Part shown: piece after piece, positions 1 through 12,250 of the stretch
Numbering within the stretch: the stretch's first letter is position 1
How the letters are laid out: each line of letters starts with the position of its first letter
Assembly (NCBI RefSeq): GCF_018350175.1
Contig: NC_058368.1
Coordinates: forward strand, 229,526,001-229,590,000
DNA length: 64,000 nucleotides
Direction: 5' to 3'
DNA from: Felis catus
Lineage: Eukaryota
Program-made: the position numbers and the translations under genes
The notes under the pieces: generated by a model
The model's database searches: none
What the model was told of the DNA's origin: nothing
What the model saw: only the letters and a program-made list of their open reading frames with translations

Positions 1-165
1 GTAATTTATTTATTCTAAGACAGAGAGAGAGAAAGCATGAGTGGGGGAGGGACAGAGAGAGAGAGAGAGAATCCCAAGGTGGGGGGGACTCAAACTCACA
101 AACCATGAGGTCATGCCCTGAGCTGAAGTCAGACACTTAACCCACTGAGCGACCCTAGGTGCTCC
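1..165 (-). mobile_element. Can-SINE (internally deleted)
   Basis: Reverse complement of tRNA-derived head plus (CT)n and A tail. Confidence 0.9.
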
Positions 166-737
166 ACAAGTAAAGTACTTTTCAATTGATAGTTAGATAA
201 AAAGGAAAGGTTTCACACAGTCTCACCACAAAGTAGAACATTAAACAATATCAACACCATTTCGAAGCAAATAACTACCATTCAACTTTTCTCCGGTTCC
301 ATCCAGACCTATATAACTAATTCTTCTTCTGATCTGGAGTCAGCAGCTCACCTCCTGAAATCCTCTGCTGCAGCAATAACCCTGACTCAGTCCCCATATG
401 TGGGGTGTCCGCTCCAGAAGCAGTGCCATCTGGCGCTGGCCCTACTTCGGGTATCAATTGTCCAGAGTGCTTGCTACAACCCTTTCTGCCAACATTCGGA
501 GAAACTGGTCTTATTTATCGTGTCTCCCAGGAGGTTTAATATTTGCTCCGTAATTTGTAGCAGGAGCTTAAGGAATAACAGGAAAATAATGCTGACACCC
601 TATTGAGAGACAATATAAGATCAGAATGGAGGAAGATAGAATTCCTTAGTGGGACATAAAATATATATCACATGGAGTCAGTTAACGCTTACTCTGAGGG
701 TAAGACGACGTTACCACCAGTGAGGGTATTTGCATAC

Positions 738-808
738 CTTCCAGACTTTCGAACCTATCCTACGAAGCATATGTTAAGATTTTCAACAGGGACAAGTATA
801 TTTTATTC
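738..808 (-). other. Candidate exon (71 nt) with an ATG opening MLRRIGSKVWK
   Basis: Acceptor GTTTGTTTCTAG|, donor AAG|GTATGC; ATG at 770-768. Confidence 0.4.
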
Positions 809-956
809 CTAGAAACAAACTTTTCTTAAAAATAAGTTTGTAAACAAATACTGTGCTAGAGTTTTCACGTGACTTATTATCAGAATATTTTTATATATTA
901 GCTGTAAACGTAATATACAGGATATATATATATATTTATATTAAAATTATGGTCTT

Positions 957-1261
957 GGGGCACCTGGGTGGCTCAGTCGGTTGAGCATCTCACTCTTGAT
1001 TTCGGCTCAGGTCATGATCTCTTGTCATGTGAGTTCAAGCCCCAAATCGGGCTCTGTGCTGACAGTGTGGAGCCTGCTTGGGATTCTCTCTCTCCCTCTA
1101 TCTCTCTCTGCCCCTTTCCCACTCGCTCCCATGCATGTGCTCTCTCTCTTTCTCTCTCTCAAAATAAACATTAAAAAAATAAATAATAAATAAATATTTA
1201 AAAATAAAATAAAATAAAATAAAATAAAATAAAATAAAATAAAATAAAATAAAATAAAAAT
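957..1261 (+). mobile_element. Can-SINE with (AAAAT)n tail
   Basis: GGGGCACCTGGGTGGCTCAGTCGGTT head; TSD AAAAT(T/G)ATGGTCTT. Confidence 0.95.
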
Positions 1262-1292
1262 AAAATGATGGTCTTGATAAAAATACTTCTCA

Positions 1293-1480
1293 GGTGCCTG
1301 GGTGGCTTAGTTGGTAAGCCCCGACTCTTGAACTGGCTCAGGTCGTGATCTCATGGTTCATGGGATCAAGCACCAAGTAGGGCTCCACGCTGACAGCCCA
1401 AAGCCTGCTTGGGATTCTTTCTCCCTCTCTCTCAGCCTCTCCTCACCCTCTCTCTCAAAAAAATAAATAAACATTTTAAA
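1293..1480 (+). mobile_element. Can-SINE
   Basis: Head, CT tract and tail; flanked by TACTTCTCA repeat. Confidence 0.92.
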
Positions 1481-2321
1481 ATATTACTTCTCATTGCCTT
1501 ATTGAGCTCATTAAAAATATGGAAAATATCAATGTTTTCCAGATCTGCTGAATTCATTGTCCCTCCTTACTCATGCATACCTTACCTCACGGTTACAAAT
1601 TACTAGAGTGAGACTTTGGTGTTACCTCACAGCCGCTTTTAATTTGGGACCTGATTTTAGAAAGCCAAATCAAAAAGGACTATCAGAGAAAACTTATTTT
1701 TACATCAATAGATGAGTGTAAGTCAGAGGAACCTCAGGACAAGAAACCATTGCTGTCTTGTCCATACAATTAATGTGTTAGACAATATTCTTCAAATTAA
1801 ACAAACCCCCAATTATTATAGATTTGATTTTTCATGGAAGTCAGAACTTTTGTTCAAAACAATTCAAGAACATGATAAAATTAATATCAAAAGCACAATA
1901 AGTCAACAGTTTCTCAGGACATGAGAGTGTTCTGCTGAGAACCTCTGTTTTCTGGACAAATATCAGAACACTGATATTTGCTGTGTTTAAGAACAATTTT
2001 CTTCTGAAGGTTTTATTCCTTTCCCTTATTTATCACTTTGGTTAATAATGACAATATACATATGCACATTCTTAAAATACATACACATGTAATAAAACAT
2101 AACAGTAGGTTTAAGCATAGCAACTTTAAGCATATTATGAGTAACTCACATACCATACAGAATTTGCCATTTTATTTATAATATACTATGTTTTTAGAGA
2201 CAAAAAAATACGCAAAACATTGCTTTGTGACTACTTTGATTTTCTCTCTTTATAGGCCTTAACCTCCCTTAGAAAACATCCAAACAATCAAAACTTAATC
2301 AATTTAAAACAATACAAAATG

Positions 2322-2533
2322 GGGGCACCTGGGTGGCTCAGTCAGTTAAGCCACCGACTTCAAATCAGGTCATGATCTCACGGTCAGTGAGTTCGAGCCC
2401 CGCATCCGGCTCTGTGCTGACAGCCCAGAGCCCGGAGCCTGCTTCGGATTCTGTGTCTCCCTCTCTCTCTGCTCCTCCCCCACTCACGCACTCTCTCTAT
2501 TTTTCAAAAATGAATAAAGGTTACAAAAAATGT
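2322..2533 (+). mobile_element. Can-SINE (feliform)
   Basis: Canonical head and body; degenerate TSD AAA-CAAT-CAAAAT. Confidence 0.95.
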
Positions 2534-2631
2534 AAAGCAATCCAAAATGGTGGAAATTCTATATATTTTTTGATATCTCAGAGTAACACAATCACTGTTT
2601 GTAAAACGGCTCAGAGGGAGAAAACACTTAC

Positions 2632-3340
2632 CGATCTTGCCTGGTCACTGACTTGCTCCAAAGGCCGATGAACATAGAGGATCAAGCAGTTCATTTGGGA
2701 GGTGAAGGAAACAGGGACAGAGCGTGGAGGAGGGACACCTGTTAGAGGAAGTCATCTGAGGGTAGTGACCACTCGCTGACCCACCAGCTGGGCCTGGGCA
2801 ACGGGGCTTCCTCACCCCCTCCTTGTCCTTGGAATGCACGCTTGCTGGCTCTTCCCACGGTGGGAGCCCTTTTCCAGGATGCAGTCTTGAGAGAGCAGTG
2901 CGGGGTGGAGACCGTCTGGTGCAGATTCCAAACTCTCTCCTGAGCTTTCGGTGTGAAATCTCCCATAGCTGGAGGGCAGGGAGAGACCGGAAGAGAGAGG
3001 CGGGGCCTCCAGGCTGGTCGGTGGCAATTTTAATCAGCAAAGGAAACTTACAAATAAGGCTTGGGGGGGGGGGGGGGCAGCAAGAGGAGTGGTTCCCCAC
3101 ACCTGCCCTCCAAATTTTAAAAGCTTGTAAAAAGGCCTTAACTGGGTGCGGTCACATATACCAAGCAGGTGTTCTCAGCATCACAGGGCTGTCTCGAGGC
3201 TGTGTCCTTGCAGCAGCCTCTGAGAGCAGGAAAGGCAAGCCGGAACTAAGTTCCAAAGATGGGGGGTTGGGGGGAGAAGCCTCCCGGTGCTGGGGTCCAG
3301 CCCAAGGGTCATTCCCTGGTTATGTGGTTTCAGTGACCTG
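2632..3340 (-). promoter_or_regulatory. Candidate promoter and first exon
   Basis: Non-repeat GC-rich island in AT-rich DNA; GGCGGGG, CCGGAAG and GAGGAAGT motifs; donor TCG|GTAAGT at 2632/2631. Confidence 0.45.
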
Positions 3341-3386
3341 TCCCAACGTGCAACATATGACTGAATTCTGCTAAAGCTTCTACACA

Positions 3387-3541
3387 GGGGCACCTGGGTG
3401 GCTCAGTCGGTTAAGCGTCCGACTTTGCTCTGGTCACGATCTCACAGTTTGTGAGTTCGCCCTTGGTCAGGCTTTGTGCTGACAGCTCAGAGCCTGGAGC
3501 CTGCTTCAGATTCTGTGTCTCCCCCTTCTCTGCTTCTCCCC

Positions 3542-3603
<62 letters not shown>

Positions 3604-3630
3604 AATAAGTAAACATTAAAAAATATTTTT
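3387..3630 (+). mobile_element. Can-SINE with long (CT)n
   Basis: Canonical head; (TC)n at ~3545-3600. Confidence 0.95.
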
Positions 3631-4239
3631 AAAAGCGTCTATATAAACTTTGAAAATTCTAGCTGGCAGGTGCGGGGACCTACTTGCCTTGCAGCGGAAG
3701 GACACAAGCCTTGTAAATAGATCCCCTTGCGTGTTAAACTTGCCTACCTACCCATCTAGGGTGGCCTGCCTCTGTCTTTCCTCTCTTCTTGCCCTCTGTG
3801 TACTGGGCAGTTGCAGATTCCTCCTGAGAACCACCAAGGTTGCAAGCCAACAAAAGAGGGAAGGTAAGACAATTAACAAACTGCTTTATCAAGCCAGGTA
3901 TCACCCTGGCTCAATGCAGCTTAAATTCTGCATATTAATTTCTGGGAGTCGGTGGAGAGCACATACCTCTGTGTTACCATACCCAAAGGGTATTAAGTCA
4001 TATCTAGTGGGTGAATTACGTGTCGCTGATCTTGGTGGGATCTCCAAGTTTTCTATAAGAAAAAAAGTAATAAGTTAAATTTCTACTTACAATACGATAT
4101 AGGAGTGAGTCCAATTTAAAGAACTATGAGCTTCCAGAATAGAAAAGGAAGGCAAATTATCTTAATTCAGATTATTGTATGGTAATTGAAATTTTTGACT
4201 GGGTAATACTGGTTTCATTAAAAAGCAAACTGTTTTGGA

Positions 4240-4461
4240 GGGGTGCCTGGGTGACTCAGTTGGTTGAGCCTCTGACTTCTAGTCAAGTTGTGATCTCACG
4301 GTTGGTGAGTTCGAGACCAGCATCCGGCTCTGTGCTGACAGTTCAGAGCCTGGAGCCTGCTTCAGATTCCGTGCCTCCCTCTCTCTCTGCCCCTCCTCTG
4401 CTCATGCTCTGACTCTCTCTCCTTCAAAAATAAATTAACATTTAAAAAAATGAAAAAAAAA
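4240..4461 (+). mobile_element. Can-SINE
   Basis: Canonical head, body and tail. Confidence 0.95.
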
Positions 4462-5228
4462 GGAAACATATCATGGTATATTTCAAAATGCACAGCTTTC
4501 AGGATGCTGCCGTTATTCAGACTTTCAGAAAACTCTTGTTACTTGTGACTTAGTGTATCTCAGAATGCAAAGTTTTTAGAAATATGTTTTCTGAATTACA
4601 ATATATGCTAATAGTGTCCAAATGGCTGGGGAAAGGAAAATATATTAATTTTTCTCTACTATTTTCTTAATGATGACAATATTTTCAAATGAGAAAATAT
4701 AGTAATTGACATGTAATAGAAAATATTTACATGCTCTAATCTTCTGCCACAGCATATATTTTTAAATATTTTAAGTATGATGAAAAATTAACATTTAGGT
4801 CAATATGTAATGCTGAAATGGCAATATCCATGAAAATAACTCATTCGGGTAATTACAGGATGAACAAATAATATTTATAAAAAGCTACTTTGCTTGTGGC
4901 TAAATTAGCTCGTGCACGAGCCCTGAGAAGTATTGGCAAATAACTATTCCTCTGTCTGCTAAATAATAAATGTATTTTGCAATTACAATAGTAAACTGGA
5001 TTTAAGATAAAGTAAAATGTTAAAGAGAGAAAACTAAAACAAAAATGTACTCAGGAAAAATCTAGAAAACATGCTTCCCAATGCACAAAGAATATTTAAA
5101 TTCTAGGTTTCACACAGTGATTCCCCAGGTACTGTATTATCTGCCAAGTCCTCAGATGGTCTCAAAAATTTTACTACACGTAGATTTCTTAACTATAAGC
5201 AGTAAAAAAGGGATTAACTCCAATGTCA

Positions 5229-5408
5229 GGCCTGCTCTTGTTTTGGTAAATTAATTTTTATGGGAACACATCCATACCCATTCACTAATGTTTGCCTATG
5301 ACTGCTTTTGTGATACAATGGCAGGCTTGAGTAGTTGTGATAAGGACTGCAAGCCCAGAAACCTAAAATATTTCCCATATGGCCCATTACAGAAAGCTTT
5401 CTGATTCC
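5229..5408 (+). mobile_element. MER58A-like hAT-Charlie MITE fragment
   Basis: GAACACATCCATACCCATT...GAGTAGTTGTGA...CCTAAAATATTT...GGCCCATTACAGAAAG matches recalled MER58A. Confidence 0.8.
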
Positions 5409-5661
5409 AATTCCGTGTTAATGATAATTTTAAAACTGGTATAGACCATAGTAGGGCTGATTGAGAATGTCTAAGAAAAACTCATCCTCGGCTATTTATT
5501 TATTTACTTACTTTTCTTCTCTGAAGGTCAAACAATATTACTTTATTTATACTCTAAGATTTATGTTGCATAGGAGCCAGACTTTAAACTTTAATACCAA
5601 CTGTTGTTCCAATGAGCTATTTTGATTATATATGAAATTACTTCTAAGTTTTAATATAGAC

Positions 5662-6015
5662 GTATTAATTAGCTATTGCTGTGTAATAAACCCCCTGAAA
5701 ACTCAGTGGCATACAAACATAAGCATAATCATTAGTTAGGGGTCTGTAGGTCAGATGGCAGGGGTGCACATTGGGGTCCATCTATGGATCTTTGGTGAAT
5801 TTATGCATGTACTCGTAGGCAGGTGCAGGTCAGCTGGGTAATGGATAGGCGAGGATGACCCCACCTTCTCCCGAGTATGGGCTCTCATCCCATCGCTTCT
5901 CATTGTTTGGCAGAGATCCCAGAGGCAACAGACAAGTGAAAAGCCTCTTGATACCTTAGTTCAGAATTGAGGGCAAATTAGAGAATTGGAGAACTTTTGC
6001 AATCAATCTACCATA
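5662..6015 (-). mobile_element. MLT1 (MaLR) solo LTR, diverged
   Basis: GTATTAATTAGCTATTGCTGTGTAATAAAC...AAAACTCAGTGGC terminus. Confidence 0.7.
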
Positions 6016-7046
6016 CATATTAACCATTACAACTAAAAGATTTTTGTAACATTCTGGGGGGGGGGGGAGCAAAAAATGTACAAAATGTACAAAGTACATG
6101 CCAGGCAAAGAGTGTTAGAGAATTTGGACCATTTTTGTAATCAACCTACTACCAATGTCATAACTTACACCTGAATAATTTTACATCACTTTTTTTCTGG
6201 AGTAAGTAAATGTTTCACATTTCCTCATGACCTTGTTTCCCTTGAAATACTATGGTATTTTTGGAAATTCTAAACTAAATGTTTAGGATATTTGTTAATG
6301 GTTTTAATTCATAGATTTATTTTTTTCCTTCTGTGATTTGAAAGGTAAGATTTTTATGCCACAGGTGAAACTTTTTAGAATTTAAGCTGCAGATAAAATT
6401 TGTCAAAACCATAGCTATCCACACCTTCAATCAAAATCTATCCCTTTAGCATGTTTAGGAAGCTGGGGTATTTCTATAACAAGCAGATTATTGGGTTCTA
6501 GCCATGGAATTTTTATTTATTATGTCTAAAATGGAATCCTGCTTTTGCTTAAGAGCCATGACTCTAGAAGTCTAATATGTCTGAGTACTTCATTTAGTTC
6601 AGAATAAAACTGTATTCAAGAAACATAAAACTTATTAGAGAACTTGCTGGTGGTACTCTGCTTTATATAAACCATTTCAAATCAGGGTCACTGTGTCAAC
6701 CAAAAAACATCAACCGCAGAAATCATGGGGGTATATCTAGAAACCACAGCAATTTATTTTGGAGCACTGCCTCTTTAATTAACACGGCATTGATATTAAA
6801 ATGCAATCAGACTTATCCCTAGGTGGCAGTGCAGAAGATACTCTTTTCTACCCGAGACAGAAGGTAGTATTTTCTGTCAGAGAAAGCTAGTGTCAGGGGC
6901 CAGAGCTCAGCGGGCAATGGGCGAACAGGAAGGGAACTTTGCCTAAATAACAGGATAAAGGAATATGACAGCATGAGCAACAAAATTTGAATAGGATTTT
7001 ATATTTCATTTAAAAGTTATTTCCTCATTTGTTCTTTTAAGTTTGC

Positions 7047-7062
7047 CTTATTTATTTATTTT

Positions 7063-7121
<59 letters not shown>

Positions 7122-7265
7122 CAGAGAGCAAAAGAGAATCCCAAGCAGGCTCCACATTGTCAGTGCATAGCCCAACATGGGGCTCAAACCCAGGAACCAC
7201 GGGATTATGACCTAAGCTAAAATCAAGAGTCAGACACTCAACTGACTGAGTCACCCAGGCACCCC
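7047..7265 (-). mobile_element. Can-SINE
   Basis: Reverse-complement head; (GA)n at ~7071-7117. Confidence 0.95.
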
Positions 7266-7583
7266 AAAAATTGTCTTCACATTTGATACTCAAAACAACA
7301 CAAATGAAATAGTTGCCATTGTATTTTCACATAACAGATGGGGACTCTAAGATCACAGTGTTTCCCGTAAGTGCTTGCCCAAGGTTCCACAGTAGGAAAA
7401 AAATGCTCAAGACAATGCTAATCTTCAGACTCTGATTGGCTGAATTATATTGTGCCTGTAGTAAAAACCATAAGTGAACACATAAACAAAGTCAGGTTTA
7501 TTTATTTAGCTTCGGCAAGGTTGAACACAATCCAGTGGAAATTGGAGCATCTCAGTAAGAAGGACTGAGAAAGGCATTCATAG

Positions 7584-7696
7584 AGGGTTGTCTGCCTGGC
7601 TCAGTTGATGGAGCTTGCAAATCTTGGTCTCAGGATTGTGGGTTTGAGCCCCATGTTGGGTGTAGAGATTACTTTAAAAAATCTTCAAAAAAAAAA
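7584..7696 (+). mobile_element. Short old Can-SINE variant
   Basis: GCCTGGCTCAGTTG...GAGCCCCATGTTGGGTGTAGAGATTACTTTAAAA. Confidence 0.85.
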
Positions 7697-8489
7697 GGCA
7701 TTTGTAATAAATTTGGGCCTATGCTAGATAATTCTATGGAAAGTGGTTTAAGGAAGCAGGAGCCAGTCCTGGACTAAAGTTATCAAAAGGAGAAGCAGAG
7801 TTACAGTAATAATAACACAAATAATGATGCAATCAGTTATGTGTCATAGAATTAATATATTACTACACATACATATGCCATAAATGTATGTATGATTCTA
7901 TAAATAATAAATTCTATAAATAAAATAAAATATATTCATTATATATTTTTAATGTGTATTTTCTATAAATGATGTATACTACATAAAATATGTCACTATT
8001 ATATAGTATATTATGCATATTATAACATATAATATTAAAGTAGTATCATGGTTAATATGTTATTATTACTAACATAATTTTTACTAATATATATCCTGGA
8101 TGCTGAAGGAATAAAGTGAGGCTAGCAAGGTCATTGGTAACAAAACAAACATCATTCATGTCAGACAGAAGAAGGAGATATTTGGGCATCTCTGTGGTTA
8201 TGAAGTGACCTCTTTGTCTCATTCCGTGTACTCGCAGAGTCATTTCTGTCTGCCTTGTTGATTCTGTGTTCAAGATCACTTGGGTAATATAAAGGTTTAG
8301 CTGCCATTTAATGCAAGCTGAGTAGTTTTTACAGATTCTTAATGGGTAAAGTACTTAAAGACCTTTCTAATAATAAACAAATGCAATAATAGAACCATTT
8401 TTATAAGGTAACAAAATACACCGGTTAACAGAACTCAATCAGATACAAATTATTTCGAGGAAGAAAAATTCTATGTACTACCTGTCTTT

Positions 8490-8859
8490 TTTTGTTATCC
8501 GAGTGTAATTAACATATAGTGTGACATTAGTTTCAGGCATATGATATAGTGATTCAACAATTCTATATATTATTCAGTGCTCATCATGATAAGGGTACTC
8601 TTAATCGCATTCACCCAATTAACCCATTCTCCATATGCACCTCCCATCCAGTAACCACTAGTTCTCCGTATTTAAGAGTCTGTTTGTTTTTTGTTTGTCT
8701 CTCTTTTTCTTTGTTTTGTTTCTTAAATTTCATGTATGCGTGAAATCATATGTCATTTACCTTTGACTGACTTACTTCATCTAGCATTATACCCTCTACA
8801 TCCATCCATGTTCTTTGCAAATGGCAAGATCTCATTTTTTTTATGGCTGAGTAATATTC

Positions 8860-8902
<43 letters not shown>

Positions 8903-9700
8903 CATAGATAGATCACATCTTCTTCACCCATTCTTCTATGGATGTACACTTGGGTTGCTTTCATATCTTGGCTATTATAAATAACACTGCAATAAACATA
9001 AGGGTGCATGTATCTTTTCAAATTAGTATTTTTTTTTATCTTTGTGTAAATGCCCAGTAGTGGAATTACTAGATCATAGGTAGTTCTTTTTTTAACTTTT
9101 TGAGGAAACTGCCTACTGTTTTCCACAGTGGTTGCACCAAACTGTATTCCCAACAGTGCATGGGGGTTTCTTTTCCTCCATATCCTCACCAACCCTCTTA
9201 TTTCTTGTGTTTTTTATTTTAGCCATTATAACAGGTGTGAGGTAATATCTCATTGTGGTTTTGATTCGCATTTCCCTGATGATGAGTGATGTTGAACATC
9301 TTTTCATGTGTGTTTGTCATCTCTATGTCTTCTTTGGAAAAATGTCTTTTCATGTCCTCTACCCATTTTTAAGTGGCTTATTTGGTTTTTTTTTATGTTG
9401 ACTTGTAGAATTTATTTATATATTTTGGATATTAATCCTTTATGGGTTATATCATTTGCAAGTATCTCCTCCCATTTTTGTGGATTCAGGTCTCCCATTT
9501 AGGTCTTTAATCTATTTTTAGTTTATTTTTGTGAATGGTGAGAAAAAGTGATCCAGTTCATTCTTTTGCATGTAGTTGTCCAGTTTTCCCAACAGCATTT
9601 GTTGTTTGCCTCCTTTATCGTAGATTAATTGGCCATAAAAGCATGGATTTACCTCTTGACTCTATTCTGTTCCTTTGAACTATGTGTCTAGTTTTGTGTC
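8490..9700 (-). mobile_element. 5'-truncated carnivore L1 (ORF2 3' end plus 3'UTR) with internal deletions
   Basis: Minus ORFs 9113-9307 (MKRCSTSLIIREM-IKTTMRY) and 8746-9192 resemble the ORF2 C-terminus; degenerate TSD ATGTACTAC(C/T)T(G/A)TCTTT at 8473-8489 and 9701-9717. Confidence 0.93.
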
Positions 9701-11519
9701 ATGTACTACTTATCTTTAATGAAAGCATAGTAGTTTATATAATTAGAACAAAACTTCATTGATTTTCATTGTAACCAAGTACTTTGTGTTGTTGTTTTTG
9801 TCGTTTTATTGACACACATAGTCAAAGCAGATGCAAAGATGTCAGGGCCTGGATACCGGAAATAAGTAAATAAATCAAGGCTCTGTGGGGATGCCAATAA
9901 ATTGTGAAGTTAAGAGTTTTTAAAAGGATGTTGTTAATGTTATCAAAGAGAGCAACATGACAGATACAAGTCAGAAAATCAGGAGCTTAAAATGAATGAA
10001 CACTAAGCTAAGGCAAACAACATATGATGAGATGTTTCTTAACTTTGAAATTAACCATCTCACACTGAACATGATCAAAAAACAAAAACAATTATTATTT
10101 ATAAAGACAAGCAAGAAAGTTGGCAACTGTACAAGAGAAACACGGTTCATAAAGAAGAAATTAATCTAATAAAAAGATCACCCACAAACAGTCCTCATTC
10201 TTTGTATTATTCAACATACTAGACAGTTTGGAAAATTCTATTGTAACATCCAGATGTAAGATATTCTAGTGTTTCATGTCCCTGAAAGCTAGACTTTACT
10301 TTTTGATATCCTTCATCTCACTCAGTTTCACACAAACTTAGATTTCTCTAAATAAAAACATTATAATGCATCAAATTAATCAAATCAAATAATTGAATCA
10401 CTCAGAACTCTAATTACTTTGATTAGACCCTTAAATTATAAGGTAGCTTTTCATTATCTAATCAATTAATGTCACCTGTCTACAAAAACAAATAAATATG
10501 GAAGGGCGTTTTTAGTAAGTTCATTTTACTAAATGTATTATTGTATATTCATTAAATGATAATTAGAAAATTTCCTACGAAAACAACATTATGTTTAAAG
10601 TCTAGAATTTTTGTGGAAAATGATCTTTCTTATTCTCTTTGGCCCAATACATTTTTGCTGACACTTGAAGAATCCGCATTTAAAAATAGTAACACCTAAG
10701 ATAAAAACAAATGCTTAGGAGGCCAGTATTCCTTTATTTTAAGGAAAATAATATTGAAACATCCTGAAACAAGTCTTGATGGTCTATGTTACAGGATATT
10801 TGACTTGTATGCAAGAATAAAATTTGTAAGATGTGTTCTGTAGAATATAGAGTAGCCTGATCTGCTACATCATCACAATATGAAATGCTTTTCAATTAAA
10901 AAAAGTCTCTATATTTTTACCAAAGAACATATGAAAGTTGCAACTAATAAAGAGTGGCTCACAGCCCTAGCTTCACATAAGATCCACCTGTATTAATACT
11001 AATGCCCCACCCCACACATGCACACACAAAAAAATGTTCCCAGGTGAACTCTGTCCCTTCCTAATTAATTTTGAAAAATGGAAGTGCATGTTATTCCTGA
11101 TTTCCTGGTATTGACAATGGCGGGTTAGAAGCTGAGTTCTAAGGCATTAATTAGTCCATATTCTAATGTCAAAGGATCAGCTAGTGTGGCACCTGACAGC
11201 AGTCCAGGGGCTGTTGATACTTGTCATTTCAAGCAGGACCAGAGATAAAAACCCCACCTCACCCTCCTCACCTCTCCCAACCTCTGAATCAATCGACTGT
11301 TGTTCAACCTTACTGTTTCTCCTCTACTTTTTGGGGTATCGTATGCTATATTTCTTTATATTTTCTCCACCTATTTAATGCACATATTATTAAAATCTAA
11401 TTTAAATCAAATTATGGCTTTATCCATCACTTTTGCTCTTGCTTCTATTCAATCAATGTTAGCTGAGTCTTACTCTATATTTTAGAAATGTCTTTGTTTA
11501 CCCTTCCTCCTTTTTATTG

Positions 11520-11836
11520 GAAACTATCCATTTTCCCTCCTGTCTGGGGAGGGTAGTTAGTGGTAAATTCTGTTCTGTTATCTAAAAATGTCCTTATCTT
11601 CCTTCTTTCCTAAAAGATCTTTTATCGGGAATAGAATTCTAGATAAACAGATTTTTTTTTTCGCTAATTCAATATAGATGTATTCTATTATGTTCTACCT
11701 TCCCTGTTGCTATTCAGAGGCTGTTAGTCTATCCATACTCTGAAAATGACCACATCTCCAAACTTACCCACCAGCTTAACATCTTCTCTTTGGCTTTGCT
11801 CCTCTACAGTTTCTCTGGGATGTATCTAGGCTAAGA

Positions 11837-11887
<51 letters not shown>

Positions 11888-12250
11888 TTCTGAAGTTTTA
11901 GCTTCTTCATTCCTTTAATTTTCTAGATCATTCTAGATGTCCAGAGATCCAGATCACCCTGCTTCTTATTCACCTTATTTGCTTCACTATATTAAGCAAA
12001 CTCTAAATGTTATCACTGCCATATATAGTACAATTGACCATAACGTCAGAATTCAAGGTTTCTGGAGTGTGGCGGAAACCCTGAGTGAAAGTTAGTTCTG
12101 GCACTTGCTTTCCTCCCAGGGATTTTGCTTTCACTACGTTTTGGATCTGAAAATTTCTTATTTTAATGCCCACTGATCAGTACACTCTTCTTCTTTAAAT
12201 GTATTTTATCCCATATATTACTTGTTTTAATTTGCAGGGTCACTGAAAAT
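11520..12250 (-). mobile_element. Highly diverged old L1 (ORF1/5' region) fragment
   Basis: T-rich antisense L1-like text (AAAATGTCCTTATC..., GGAATAGAATTCTAG...); no ORF. Confidence 0.5.
11839..11886. repeat. (TG)n microsatellite
   Basis: Direct inspection. Confidence 0.98.

Noticed and set aside
957..1040. tRNA-like A/B-box heads, here and in the other SINEs
   Set aside because: tRNA-derived SINE heads followed by CT tract and A tail, not tRNA genes
1586..1650. Possible extra minus-strand exon (aaaatcag|...GAG|gtaagg)
   Set aside because: Purine run before the AG and competing donors; cannot be separated from a pseudo-exon
2645..3374. 151-aa (-) and 183-aa (+) ORFs in the GC-rich patch
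   Set aside because: Non-ATG starts, biased composition, no recognisable homology; better explained as promoter or UTR sequence
4908..4921. Perfect 14-bp palindrome GCTCGTGCACGAGC
   Set aside because: About four 14-bp palindromes are expected by chance in 64 kb (4^-7 per position); no supporting context
7840..8090. Very AT-rich stretch
   Set aside because: Low-complexity decayed (TA)n with no unit structure
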